Shown: positions 1 through 8,541 of the stretch, in pieces
Numbering within the stretch: the stretch's first letter is position 1
Layout: the number at the start of each line of letters is the position of its first letter
Source: Thermoanaerobaculia bacterium
Lineage (GTDB): Bacteria; Acidobacteriota; Thermoanaerobaculia; Multivoradales; Multivoraceae
Length of the DNA stretch: 64,000 bases
Direction: 5' to 3'
Assembly: GCA_963664405.1 (NCBI GenBank)
Contig: OY761158.1
Location: forward strand, 6,496,001-6,560,000
Made by a program: the position numbers and the translations under genes
The notes under the pieces: model-generated
What the model was told of the DNA's origin: nothing
Databases searched by the model: none
What the model saw: only the letters and a program-made list of their open reading frames with translations

Positions 1-2
1 TC

Positions 3-890
3 TCACCGCTTTTTAATGTCTATCTCGACGAAGCCTATTACTTTTTCAACGAAGATATAGAACGTATCCTCTTTGGTTTGAGTAAGTTCGGGGTTGCCCT
101 AACACTGGCCCACCACACACTTTCGCAGGCCGAAAAGGCTGGCAAGTCCGTGCGCGACGCACTCCTGCAGATACCGAACAAGATCATGTTTGGAGGTCTA
201 CTCGTCGCTGACGCTCGTGAGCTCGCTGAACAAGCGTTCGTCGGAGAGATTCAACTCGAAGAGGTCAAGCATGTGCTTGATAAGCCCACGGTCGTCGGCT
301 ACATCACAGCTATTCTCCGTGCTCATAGCGAGACCGTTGGCAGTGGTGTTTCCTCGTCGAAAGCGACAGGAGGCTCCTCGTCGAAAGCGCCAGGGATTTC
401 AGGAGCCACTACCTCGACGTTTGATGACGAGGGCAACGCCATGGCGACTTCCATTATGGAGGCCGTTTCAGAGCTCAGCAACGAAACCGACTCATGGTCG
501 AGCAGCGAAACGGAAACGCCGTTCTCGTCGGAGACCGAGGGCTGGTCAGAAGCCCTACGCCCCGTTCTAAAAATTATGCCCACAGCGACCTTCAGTCTCG
601 AAGAACAGATCTATAAGGCCGTGGCCACCATGGTGTGCCAGCCGACGCAGTACGCGATCGCAAAACTCAGCGAGAAGCCAAGCGCACACGTTCGGGTGCC
701 GAATGTGCGGGAGCTCCCGACGACCGAGGAGTTCGTCGGCGAATGCAAGCAAGACAACTTCGAGCGTTCATACTTCACGTCACCGCTTGCACAAGCCGAG
801 CTCGAGGAAACAGAGCGCCGAGAGAAGCTCCTAAAGGGAGCCACGGAAGCCCTCATCCCCGAAGAGCCAACCAGCTATCGAACATACTAG
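3..890 (+). CDS. C-terminal part of a VirD4/TraD/HerA-like coupling ATPase (5' end outside the window)
   Basis: Frame is open from base 3: FNVYLDEAYYFF (Walker B) followed by LSKFGVALTLAHHTLSQ, matching the RKxGxxxxxxxQxxxQ-type motif; sits next to a relaxase-type gene. Confidence 0.7.
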   Translation, partial: SPLFNVYLDEAYYFFNEDIERILFGLSKFGVALTLAHHTLSQAEKAGKSVRDALLQIPNKIMFGGLLVADARELAEQAFVGEIQLEEVKHVLDKPTVVGYITAILRAHSETVGSGVSSSKATGGSSSKAPGISGATTSTFDDEGNAMATSIMEAVSELSNETDSWSSSETETPFSSETEGWSEALRPVLKIMPTATFSLEEQIYKAVATMVCQPTQYAIAKLSEKPSAHVRVPNVRELPTTEEFVGECKQDNFERSYFTSPLAQAELEETERREKLLKGATEALIPEEPTSYRTY

Positions 891-949
891 ACACCCTGTC
901 TAGAGCCGTTTCCACAGGCTCCCGGCTCTCCTGCGGGCTATAGTGGTGT

Positions 950-1906
950 ATGGAAGCACTCGCTCCAGCACCCATGCCAGCACGCCAGCGATCAGACGAT
1001 GGCGTTATCCCCCGCGATCGTTACATCATCGAGTCGGTCTATCGACATCGGTTTCTCAACACGCCCCAAATCGAGGCGCTGACCGAAGCGCACCCGCGCA
1101 AAGTGCAGGAGCGCGTCAAAAAACTCCGCGAGCGGAAGTTTCTAACCAAAATCCCGCTCCATCGAATGGGTCCCGGCTCAGAGCCGTTGGTCGTTGCCCT
1201 TGCCAATGCCGGCGCCGAGCTCCTGGGCGTCCGCGGCAAGACCGACTACACCAACAAAAATCGGGACCTCAAAGCACATCTGCGCGTACCGGGGTCGGTG
1301 CGCCATACGCTTGCAACAGCCGACGTGCTCATCCCTTACGAGGTGGCGTGTCGCACGCGTCCGGATGTTACGTTTGAGACGCTCGAAAGACTCCTCGCGC
1401 GCGCGGCGCGGCGAACAAGAACCGCAAGGAATCCTCTCCATTGGAAAGTCGGAAAGATCACTTTCAGAAAGAAAGAATACGCCGTTGAAAGCGTCGTACC
1501 CGATGGTGGCTTTGGTCTCCATGTTTCGAGCGCACCCGAAGGGCAGCAAAACGCCTACTTCTTCCCCGAGATCGATCTCGGCACCATGACCATAGAGCCC
1601 GAGCGAGGACTCAAGGCGTCGATCGTGAAGAAGATCCTCTGCTACCGCGAGCGATGGCTATACTGGAAAGAGCACCCCGAACAGCACCCCTTCCCCTTCA
1701 TGCGCAATGCGTGGCGTGTTCCCTTTGTGACCACATCACCTGGTCGTGCGAAGCACTTTCGAGAGGCATGCCACAAAGTTCTCGCGGGTCGGGGTGTAGG
1801 ACAGTTTCTCTTTACTGATTTCGAGAGCCTTGCGGCGTCTCCTTCCCCATTGGAACATCTCTGGATCGACGGCCGTGGAAAGAGAACAACCCTGACAGAT
1901 GAGTAG
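950..1906 (+). CDS. replication-relaxation (Replic_Relax) family protein
   Basis: N-terminal wHTH-like segment (RHRFLNTPQI), HTLATAD, and VPDG...EIDLGT PD-(D/E)xK-like motifs. Confidence 0.8.
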   Translation: MEALAPAPMPARQRSDDGVIPRDRYIIESVYRHRFLNTPQIEALTEAHPRKVQERVKKLRERKFLTKIPLHRMGPGSEPLVVALANAGAELLGVRGKTDYTNKNRDLKAHLRVPGSVRHTLATADVLIPYEVACRTRPDVTFETLERLLARAARRTRTARNPLHWKVGKITFRKKEYAVESVVPDGGFGLHVSSAPEGQQNAYFFPEIDLGTMTIEPERGLKASIVKKILCYRERWLYWKEHPEQHPFPFMRNAWRVPFVTTSPGRAKHFREACHKVLAGRGVGQFLFTDFESLAASPSPLEHLWIDGRGKRTTLTDE

Positions 1907-2578
1907 GTGTCGAACGTTCGACACCCCCTCCATCTAGGCCCACGAGCACCACAAGAGTACGAACTCCCCCGCCGCCCAAGCAGTGCCCCCTCCGATGCCC
2001 TCGGGGGCTCTTCATGTATGAGCCTGGTCTCTCTCAGGCTCCTCACACCCCTCGCTTTACAGGTATAGGGGTGCGAGAGAGCCAGCATCGAGACCACAAG
2101 ACAGGCGCCCCAAAAGGTCGGATTACCAACCAAACACCAAACAGACCTATGGGATACATGCAAGACAAAGAGGCCGACTTTCGAGCGCTGCTCGAAGCGC
2201 ACGGCGCCGGTGAGGCTGCTGTTGATGGCTGCGAGAAAGCGCATCCCGTTGGCTGCGAGCGCAGTTTCCGGGATGGAGTGAGCTGAGGGCTTCGCGACCG
2301 CGGGAAAGCTAGGCCTTCTTCAGGAAGGGCGGCATCATCCCGCCGGAACGGCGGTCCGGGTGCGTGGTCCCGGCGGCGTGTTTGCGGTCGGAAGAGATGC
2401 GTGAGTCGGTGTAGGGCTTTGCAGTGCGGGCTCTGCTCTGATAGAGCAGGCCGACCAGAGACGGCGAGAGCCCGGGAAAGCGAAGTAGAAAACGCCCCGG
2501 GCTCTGCCCCAAACCGCAGCATTAGCTGCGCTTGCAGTATGGCAGAGAGTCGGGGTCGTCGTCGAATGGGAGGCGACG

Positions 2579-2974
2579 ATGCGACCGGACTACCGACTCT
2601 TCGACTGTGCTCGATGCCGTCGGCGTATCTCGCTGTGCTCGCACTGTGACCGTGGCCAGCGTTACTGCCGGGCTTGTGCTCTGGTGGCTCGTCGGGAATC
2701 GACTCGGGCGGCCGGCCATCGGTACCAGCGAAGCCTCCGAGGTCGGCATTGTCATGCCGCCCGTCAGGCCCGCTACCGTCGGCGCCAGCGCGAGCGGGCA
2801 GAGAAAGTGACGCATCAGGGTACCCCAGGCGGTACTTCGGGGAGGACACTGTGTCGGATCGAGACTCCGAGGCGCGAAGTGCGCTACGACCCGAGGAATC
2901 CGCGATGCATGCAGTGTGGAGAGGCCTGCCGAGAGTTTGTGCGAACGAGCTTTCGTCGTTGCCGACGGAGATAG
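2579..2974 (+). CDS. Cys-rich accessory protein of the IS21 element (putative Zn-binding)
   Basis: CxxC...CxxC...CxxC at the N-terminus and CxxC near the C-terminus; GGAGG upstream; ends 4 bp before the istA GTG. Confidence 0.6.
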   Translation: MRPDYRLFDCARCRRRISLCSHCDRGQRYCRACALVARRESTRAAGHRYQRSLRGRHCHAARQARYRRRQRERAEKVTHQGTPGGTSGRTLCRIETPRREVRYDPRNPRCMQCGEACREFVRTSFRRCRRR

Positions 2975-2978
2975 GGGC

Positions 2979-4487
2979 GTGATCGACGCACAGCTGCGCG
3001 GGGAGATCCGTCGTCTGTTCCTGGTCGAGAAGTGGAAAGTCGGCACGATCGCTCGACAGCTACAGCTGCACCCCTCAACCGTGCGCCGGGCGCTGGAGAA
3101 GTCCGGCGTGCTACCCCAGCAGCGACGAGGGAGGATGATCGATCCTTACCTGCCGTTCATCGAGCAGGTGCTCGGGACCTACCCACGACTGCCGGCGAGC
3201 CGTCTCTACACCATGGTGGTGGAGCGCGGCTATCCAGGAGGCCCGGATCAGTTTCGCCACCTGGTGGCCTCGATGCGACCGAAGCCCCAGCGCGAGGCGT
3301 TTCTCTCGCTGCGCATGCTGCCAGGAGAGCAGGCGCAGGTCGACTGGGGCCACTTCGGTCGGCTCCGCGTCGGCCGGGCACATCGTCGGCTCTATGCCTT
3401 CGTCTTCGTGCTGTCGTTCTCGCGCACGGTCTTCGTGCACTTCACCCTCGACACTCGTCTCGAAACCTTCTTGCACGCTCACCAGCTGGCCTTCCACTAC
3501 GTCGACGGCGTCGTCAGGACCGTTCTGTACGACAACCTGCGAACCGCGGTGATCGAGCGGCAGGGAACCGCGGTGCGCTTCCATCCCGTGCTGCTCGATT
3601 TCGCCAGCCACTACGGCTTCCTTCCCACCGTCGCCGCGGTGGCTCGGGGAAATGAGAAAGGCCGCGTCGAGCGCGCAATCCGCTTCCTGCGAAGCTCGTT
3701 CTTCGGCGCCCGAACGGTGAGCGATTTGGATCGTCTGAATCGGCAGGTCCTGGAATGGTGCCAGAGGTCGCAGCGCAGACCCTGGCCGCAGGACCGACAG
3801 CGAACCGTGAAAAGCGCCCTGGCCCAGGAACGACCTCGACTGCTTGAGCTTCCCGGAGACGACTTCGAAACCGACCTGCGACTGGAGATCAAGGTCAGAA
3901 AGACGCCGATCGTGCGCTTCGACCTCAACGACTACTCGGTGCCGCACAGTCATGTGCAGAGGACCGTCACGCTCCTCGCCAGCGAGCATCGGGTGCGGAT
4001 CCTCGATGGCCAGGAGCTCCTCGCCGAGCACCCTCGCTCGTACTCCCGGGGCGAGCAGATCCTCGATCCTCAACACCTCGAGGAGCTCCTCGCTCACAAA
4101 CGCAGGGCCCGACGACACCGGGGCTTCCATCGGCTGTTTTCCGCTGTGCCTCGATGCGAAGAGCTGATGCAGCAGCTCGCCGAGCGAGGCGAGAACCTCG
4201 GAACGCAGACCGCCGGCCTGCTCCGACTCCTGCGCCAGTACGGCCCCCAGCGACTCGACAAAGCCGTGCGCGAAGCGCTCCTGAACCACGCACCGCGATT
4301 CCAGTCCGTCCGGCTCCTACTCGAACGGCACCAGCGCGGCCTCGGTCAGCCCCCGGCTTTACCGGTGCCGCTCAGCCAGGAGCTCCAACAGCGAGATCTC
4401 TCCGTGAGACCGCACAACCTCGAGGACTACGACCAACTTGGAGGCAACGACGATGGCCCGACCCAGGAAGAGTCCAACGATCCCTGA
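2979..4487 (+). CDS. istA: IS21 transposase IstA
   Basis: HTH, QAQVDWG, LYDNL and EKGRVER (DDE triad). Confidence 0.95.
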   Translation: MIDAQLRGEIRRLFLVEKWKVGTIARQLQLHPSTVRRALEKSGVLPQQRRGRMIDPYLPFIEQVLGTYPRLPASRLYTMVVERGYPGGPDQFRHLVASMRPKPQREAFLSLRMLPGEQAQVDWGHFGRLRVGRAHRRLYAFVFVLSFSRTVFVHFTLDTRLETFLHAHQLAFHYVDGVVRTVLYDNLRTAVIERQGTAVRFHPVLLDFASHYGFLPTVAAVARGNEKGRVERAIRFLRSSFFGARTVSDLDRLNRQVLEWCQRSQRRPWPQDRQRTVKSALAQERPRLLELPGDDFETDLRLEIKVRKTPIVRFDLNDYSVPHSHVQRTVTLLASEHRVRILDGQELLAEHPRSYSRGEQILDPQHLEELLAHKRRARRHRGFHRLFSAVPRCEELMQQLAERGENLGTQTAGLLRLLRQYGPQRLDKAVREALLNHAPRFQSVRLLLERHQRGLGQPPALPVPLSQELQQRDLSVRPHNLEDYDQLGGNDDGPTQEESNDP

Positions 4488-5238
4488 CGAACCACTACGA
4501 GAGCTCGCCCGATCCCTCGGCTTCTACGCCCTCGTCGACGACTGGGGCACCTACCGAGAACAGCCCTGGCTCGAACAGCTGCTGCGCAAAGAAGAGGCCG
4601 AGCGCAAACGGCGCAGCCTCGAACGGCGCATCCGCACCAGCCGCGTCGGGCTCTTCAAGAGCATCGCCGACTTCGACTTCTCCTGGCCCCAGCGCATCGA
4701 CCGCGAGCAGATCCAGGATCTGCTCACCCTCCAATTCCTCGACGACATCACCAACGTCATCCTCCTCGGACCCAACGGTGTCGGCAAGACCATGATTGCC
4801 AAGAACCTCCTCTACCAGGCGCTGCAACGAGGGGCCACCGCCAGCTTCGTCACCGCCTCCGACATGCTCAACGATCTCGCCGTCCAGGAAACCCCCTCGG
4901 CGCTCCAGAGAAGGCTCTCCAAATACACCCGACCCTCGCTTTTGGCAATCGATGAGCTCGGCTATCTCTCCTACGACCACCGCCACGCGGATCTCCTCTT
5001 CGAGGTCGTCTCCAGGAGATACGGCAACAAGCCCATTCTTCTCACCACCAACAAGCCCTTCGCCGAATGGGCCGAGGTCTTTCCCAACGCCTCCTGCGTC
5101 GTCACTCTCGTCGATCGACTCACCCACCACGCCGAGATCGTCAAGATCGAGGCTAACTCCTATCGCCGCAAGGAGGCCAAGGAGGCTGCTGAAAAAAAGG
5201 CCAAGGACCGCGCCAAAAGGCGGAGCGCAGCACGATGA
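4453..5238 (+). CDS. istB: IS21 helper ATPase IstB
   Basis: GPNGVGKT, LAIDELGY, TTN, DRLTHH. Confidence 0.95.
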   Translation: MARPRKSPTIPDEPLRELARSLGFYALVDDWGTYREQPWLEQLLRKEEAERKRRSLERRIRTSRVGLFKSIADFDFSWPQRIDREQIQDLLTLQFLDDITNVILLGPNGVGKTMIAKNLLYQALQRGATASFVTASDMLNDLAVQETPSALQRRLSKYTRPSLLAIDELGYLSYDHRHADLLFEVVSRRYGNKPILLTTNKPFAEWAEVFPNASCVVTLVDRLTHHAEIVKIEANSYRRKEAKEAAEKKAKDRAKRRSAAR

Positions 5239-5600
5239 CGCTCATGACCCGAAGCCACTATCGGCGCCAGCTCCTCCGCCTCTATCGACTCCTTCCCGAC
5301 ACCCCGCACCGCTTCCACCACGGCGACCGCGTCATCGTCGACCAGCTCTTCGACCAAGACCTGCCTCTCACCGTCCTCCAGGCCGCCCTCCTCCTCGGCT
5401 CCGCCCGACGCGCATGCCGAGATCCGCGCCTACCAAAGCTCCAGCCCATCCGATCCCTCGCCTACTTTCTCCCCATCCTCCGAGAACTCCCCACGACGCC
5501 ACCCCCCGAGGGGTACCTCGACTATCTGCGCCACACCCTGAGTCACGCCTCGCGGGGACAAAAAACCGACTCGCAGCCAACTAAGTGCGCTTTCTCGTAG
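5235..5600 (+). CDS. downstream accessory protein of the IS21 element
   Basis: ATGA overlap with istB; stop lies in the right IR; PIRSLAYFLPIL resembles a DnaD/replication-protein C-terminal motif. Confidence 0.65.
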   Translation: MTLMTRSHYRRQLLRLYRLLPDTPHRFHHGDRVIVDQLFDQDLPLTVLQAALLLGSARRACRDPRLPKLQPIRSLAYFLPILRELPTTPPPEGYLDYLRHTLSHASRGQKTDSQPTKCAFS

Positions 5601-5856
5601 CCGGTAACAGCTGCAGACGAACTGACGAAACACTTCAAGAATGCGCTTCTCCAGTCCTACAGAAACGGGCTCAAGACAACTCCCCGCGCTCCGCTTGCAA
5701 AGAAGGAAGCCTAAGGCATACTGGATACACATTGCATGACAGCGAAATCAGAAAAAGAGGAACGCTCTTGGGAAGAACGCGAGAGAGAGGATGTGGAGCG
5801 AGAAGTAGCCTACGAGGACGCAGTCGCGCTGTTGCAGGATGCAGTGACCAAATAGT

Positions 5857-6090
5857 ATGGAGAAGGAACCAACAAACAAAGAGCTCGGCGACCGCATCGA
5901 TCGAGGCTTCGAGGCCGCGAAGAAAGACCGCGCCTCCATTAAATCTTCGGTTGACGCCGCCCACGACAGCATTGTCGAGATTGGCCAAGACATCAAAGAA
6001 ATGAAGGGCGACATCCGGCAGATTCGAGACCTCATCCTCGCCAATCACGAACGCCGAATCAGCGACCTCGAAGGGCAACGCGTGAGCTAA
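5857..6090 (+). CDS. small coiled-coil hypothetical protein
   Basis: 77 aa with a heptad pattern; followed by a terminator. Confidence 0.65.
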   Translation: MEKEPTNKELGDRIDRGFEAAKKDRASIKSSVDAAHDSIVEIGQDIKEMKGDIRQIRDLILANHERRISDLEGQRVS

Positions 6091-6112
6091 GCATCAGCTA
6101 CGCAGGAGAGAA

Positions 6113-6148
6113 AAACACCCCCCAGCTCTCGGGGGGTGTTCTCTTTTT
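6113..6148 (+). terminator. intrinsic terminator
   Basis: AACACCCCCC-loop-GGGGGGTGTT followed by CTCTTTTT. Confidence 0.7.
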
Positions 6149-6202
6149 CGGGGAGGCCCACCCACCCCGTTCAGTCTTCTTGTGGTGCTTGAATCCGGAG
6201 CC

Positions 6203-6280
6203 TTGACAGCTCGCTTGGCGAGCGTACTCTGTCTGTCAGACCCCTAGTACCTTCCACAACTTAGTTTTGGAGAAAGGAGG
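6203..6280 (+). promoter_or_regulatory. sigma70-type promoter and RBS of the radC-like gene
   Basis: TTGACA (6203)-16 bp palindromic spacer-TACTCT (6225); AGGAGG at 6275, 6 bp before GTG 6287. Confidence 0.55.
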
Positions 6281-6286
6281 TTCGCC

Positions 6287-6420
6287 GTGAGCGAATCTGA
6301 AGGGCCGCTCTGCGAGTGGTCGCCCGCGACGTTTCGACGTCGCTACCGTTTGTCCCTCGTCCGTGAGGCAGAGGTCCCCTACGACGCGGAGCTGACCTGC
6401 TGTAGCCGACCCGAAGTCCT
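6287..6420 (+). pseudogene. 5' fragment of a RadC-like (JAB) gene
   Basis: RYRLSLVREAEVPY...SRPE resembles the N-terminus of short mobile-element RadC proteins; the JAB domain itself is absent. Confidence 0.5.
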
Positions 6421-7138
6421 GCCGGTAGCCGAAGACCAGGGTGTTCTTGCGTTTCTTGCCGAGGCCCACGCCGAACTGCACGAGGGCGTTGAAGGCACCC
6501 TCCGTGTCGCCTCCGCCGACGTCGGCCCGCGCGTTGAAGCTCCAACGGTCGTTCAGCCCGGTGATGTACCGTCCCCCCACGAAGCCGTCGGCGTAGGTCT
6601 CTGACGTCGTGCTAACTAGGGGGTCCGTCGCCGAAGGCGGCCGCAGCTCCAGATTCTGCTCGTAATCGTAAATGCGCAGGCCGAAAAGGAGGTCGAAGCC
6701 CTCCGATTCTCCCCCGGGGCGATAGATGCCACCGAGCTCGTAGATTCCCGACTCGATGACCGCGCCGACGTTCGTACCGCTCGGCAGCATCCCCTGGTCC
6801 TCGCTTGTCGTTGTGCCGTCCGCTATTTCCATATAGAACAGATCGACGAAGAAACCGGCCGACCCACGGACACCCTCGAGGTGGGCGGTGACTATGCTCT
6901 CCAGCTTGTCGAGCACTTCGTCGACGGGGACCTCCGCCTCGAAAACGGATTTGTCGTTGATCTCGACGTCCATCGTCGATTCCGCAAGCCATCCGTAGAA
7001 TGTGAAGGTCCATTCCCACTCCTGCGCCGCCGCAGAGGTGGGGCATAGGGTCGCAGCTACGACCCACAAGGCGGCGGCCAGGACGCGACCCGTACGTTGT
7101 TGGCGCCTGACACCACTGTTCTCGATGGGATGGTGCAT
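6420..7138 (-). pseudogene. outer-membrane beta-barrel protein, 3' truncated
   Basis: Signal peptide, WEWTFTFYGW and alternating beta-strands; barrel-like sequence stops after LVFGYRQ and the frame runs into antisense radC sequence. Confidence 0.6.
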
Positions 7139-7371
7139 TTTCCTCGGGCTCCTTCTGACATTCACGAGAGGTGGTGCGATCTTATTCCATTCGAAACGAG
7201 GCCGGCGTTGTTCGTTCCCCAGTCTCTCTGCAGGTGCCGCCCCATCAGTCCGAGGCCACGGGTGGTGCAGAGGGGCGCTCCGACTACGAGGGCGAGCGCG
7301 CTAGAATAGCAGCGTGCGCGGCCGGTCAGTTGTCCCGAGTCAGTCCCTTTGCAGTCTGCCGGAGTGAGACC

Positions 7372-8418
7372 TTGAAGCCCCGGCTGGCCGCCGCGTTGGC
7401 CTCGGCGTTCTTGACCGCCTTCGCCTTCAGCGCGGCGGCCGGTGCCGTCGGCGAAGCGAGGTGCGTGGTCACGTCGAATATCGCCCACAATCCCCCGGCG
7501 CAGGAGGGCCCCGCGCCGATCTCGGTCTTGGTCTACGTTCTCGACGTCACCAGAATCGACGACGTGTTACAGACCTTCTCGGCGCAGATCGTGCTCCAAA
7601 CGAGCTGGAGTGATCCCCGCCTCCATGCCGATGCACTGGGGTGGTCGCCCGTCGGTTGCCGCTTCCCATTGGACGAGATCTGGCACCCACATGTGGAGAT
7701 CGTCAATCAGCTCGAAACGAGCCGGCTCTGGGACGAGGTCCTCGAGGTCGACGACGACGGCCTGGTGTCCCTCAGACAGCGTCTTCTCGGAGCCTTCTCC
7801 TCGACTATGGACCTGCGGGACTTCCCCTTCGACGTGCAGATCCTGCCGCTGCGCATCGCCTCCTTCCGCTACGACGACACGCAGGTGACGCTGACCGTGG
7901 ACGAGAATCGATCCGGTCGCCTCAAGTCATTCTCCGTGAGCGGGTGGAACGTGGATCTCGCCGAACCTGCCCCATATCGAGAGGTTGTCGCATCGCAGCG
8001 TGCGATCAGTGGCGTCGACTACCGTCTACGCGCCTCGCGGGACGTCGGCTTCTACCTCTTCAAGGTGCTCTTGCCGCTCAGCCTGATCGTTTTGATGGCG
8101 GGGACCGTTTTCTTCATCGATCCGACGACCCTGGCCGCCCAGGTCGGGGTGTCCACGGCCGCGGTTCTGACTCTGATCGCGTTCCAGTTCACGCTCATGG
8201 ACCTTCTGCCACGCGTCTCGTACCTCACTCGCATCGACCGTTTCCTCATCTGGTCGACGCTCCTGGTCTTCGCGGCCCTCGGTGAGTCCGTCCTCAGTGG
8301 CCGGCTGGCCCACCGCGGCCGCGAAGAGCTGGGCCGACGCATCGACCGCGCCAGCCGGTGGCTCTATGTGGCACTGTTCTCGCTCGTCTGGCTGAGCTTC
8401 GTGCCCTGGGCTCGCTAG
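7372..8418 (+). CDS. pentameric ligand-gated ion channel (GLIC/ELIC-like); start approximate
   Basis: Signal peptide, WxP motif (IWHPHVEIVN), Pro-loop DLRDFPFDVQ, four TM helices, LPRVSYLTRID M2-M3 loop. Confidence 0.88.
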   Translation: MKPRLAAALASAFLTAFAFSAAAGAVGEARCVVTSNIAHNPPAQEGPAPISVLVYVLDVTRIDDVLQTFSAQIVLQTSWSDPRLHADALGWSPVGCRFPLDEIWHPHVEIVNQLETSRLWDEVLEVDDDGLVSLRQRLLGAFSSTMDLRDFPFDVQILPLRIASFRYDDTQVTLTVDENRSGRLKSFSVSGWNVDLAEPAPYREVVASQRAISGVDYRLRASRDVGFYLFKVLLPLSLIVLMAGTVFFIDPTTLAAQVGVSTAAVLTLIAFQFTLMDLLPRVSYLTRIDRFLIWSTLLVFAALGESVLSGRLAHRGREELGRRIDRASRWLYVALFSLVWLSFVPWAR

Positions 8419-8541
8419 CGGTGGACGCCTCGCCTGCAACCGGAAGACCCCAGAGCCGCCTCAGGAGCTCGATGCCACACGAACGTCACCCACCGTCTTG
8501 TAGTATCCGAGCTTCAATCTGCTGAACTGTAGGAGGACGTC

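Larger units (their letters stand above)
2220..5609 (+). mobile_element. IS21-family element, 3390 bp, copy 1
   Basis: TG...CA ends; imperfect terminal IRs TGTTGATGGCTGCGAGAAAGCGCA / TGTTACCGGCTACGAGAAAGCGCA; 5-bp TSD GCTGC at 2215-2219 and 5610-5614; carries istA and istB. Confidence 0.95.
2149..5714 (+). pseudogene. 56-aa hypothetical protein split by IS21 (MGYMQDKEAD...LLQSYRNGL...KKEA)
   Basis: Removing 2220-5609 and one GCTGC copy restores an open frame from ATG 2149 to TAA 5712-5714. Confidence 0.7.
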
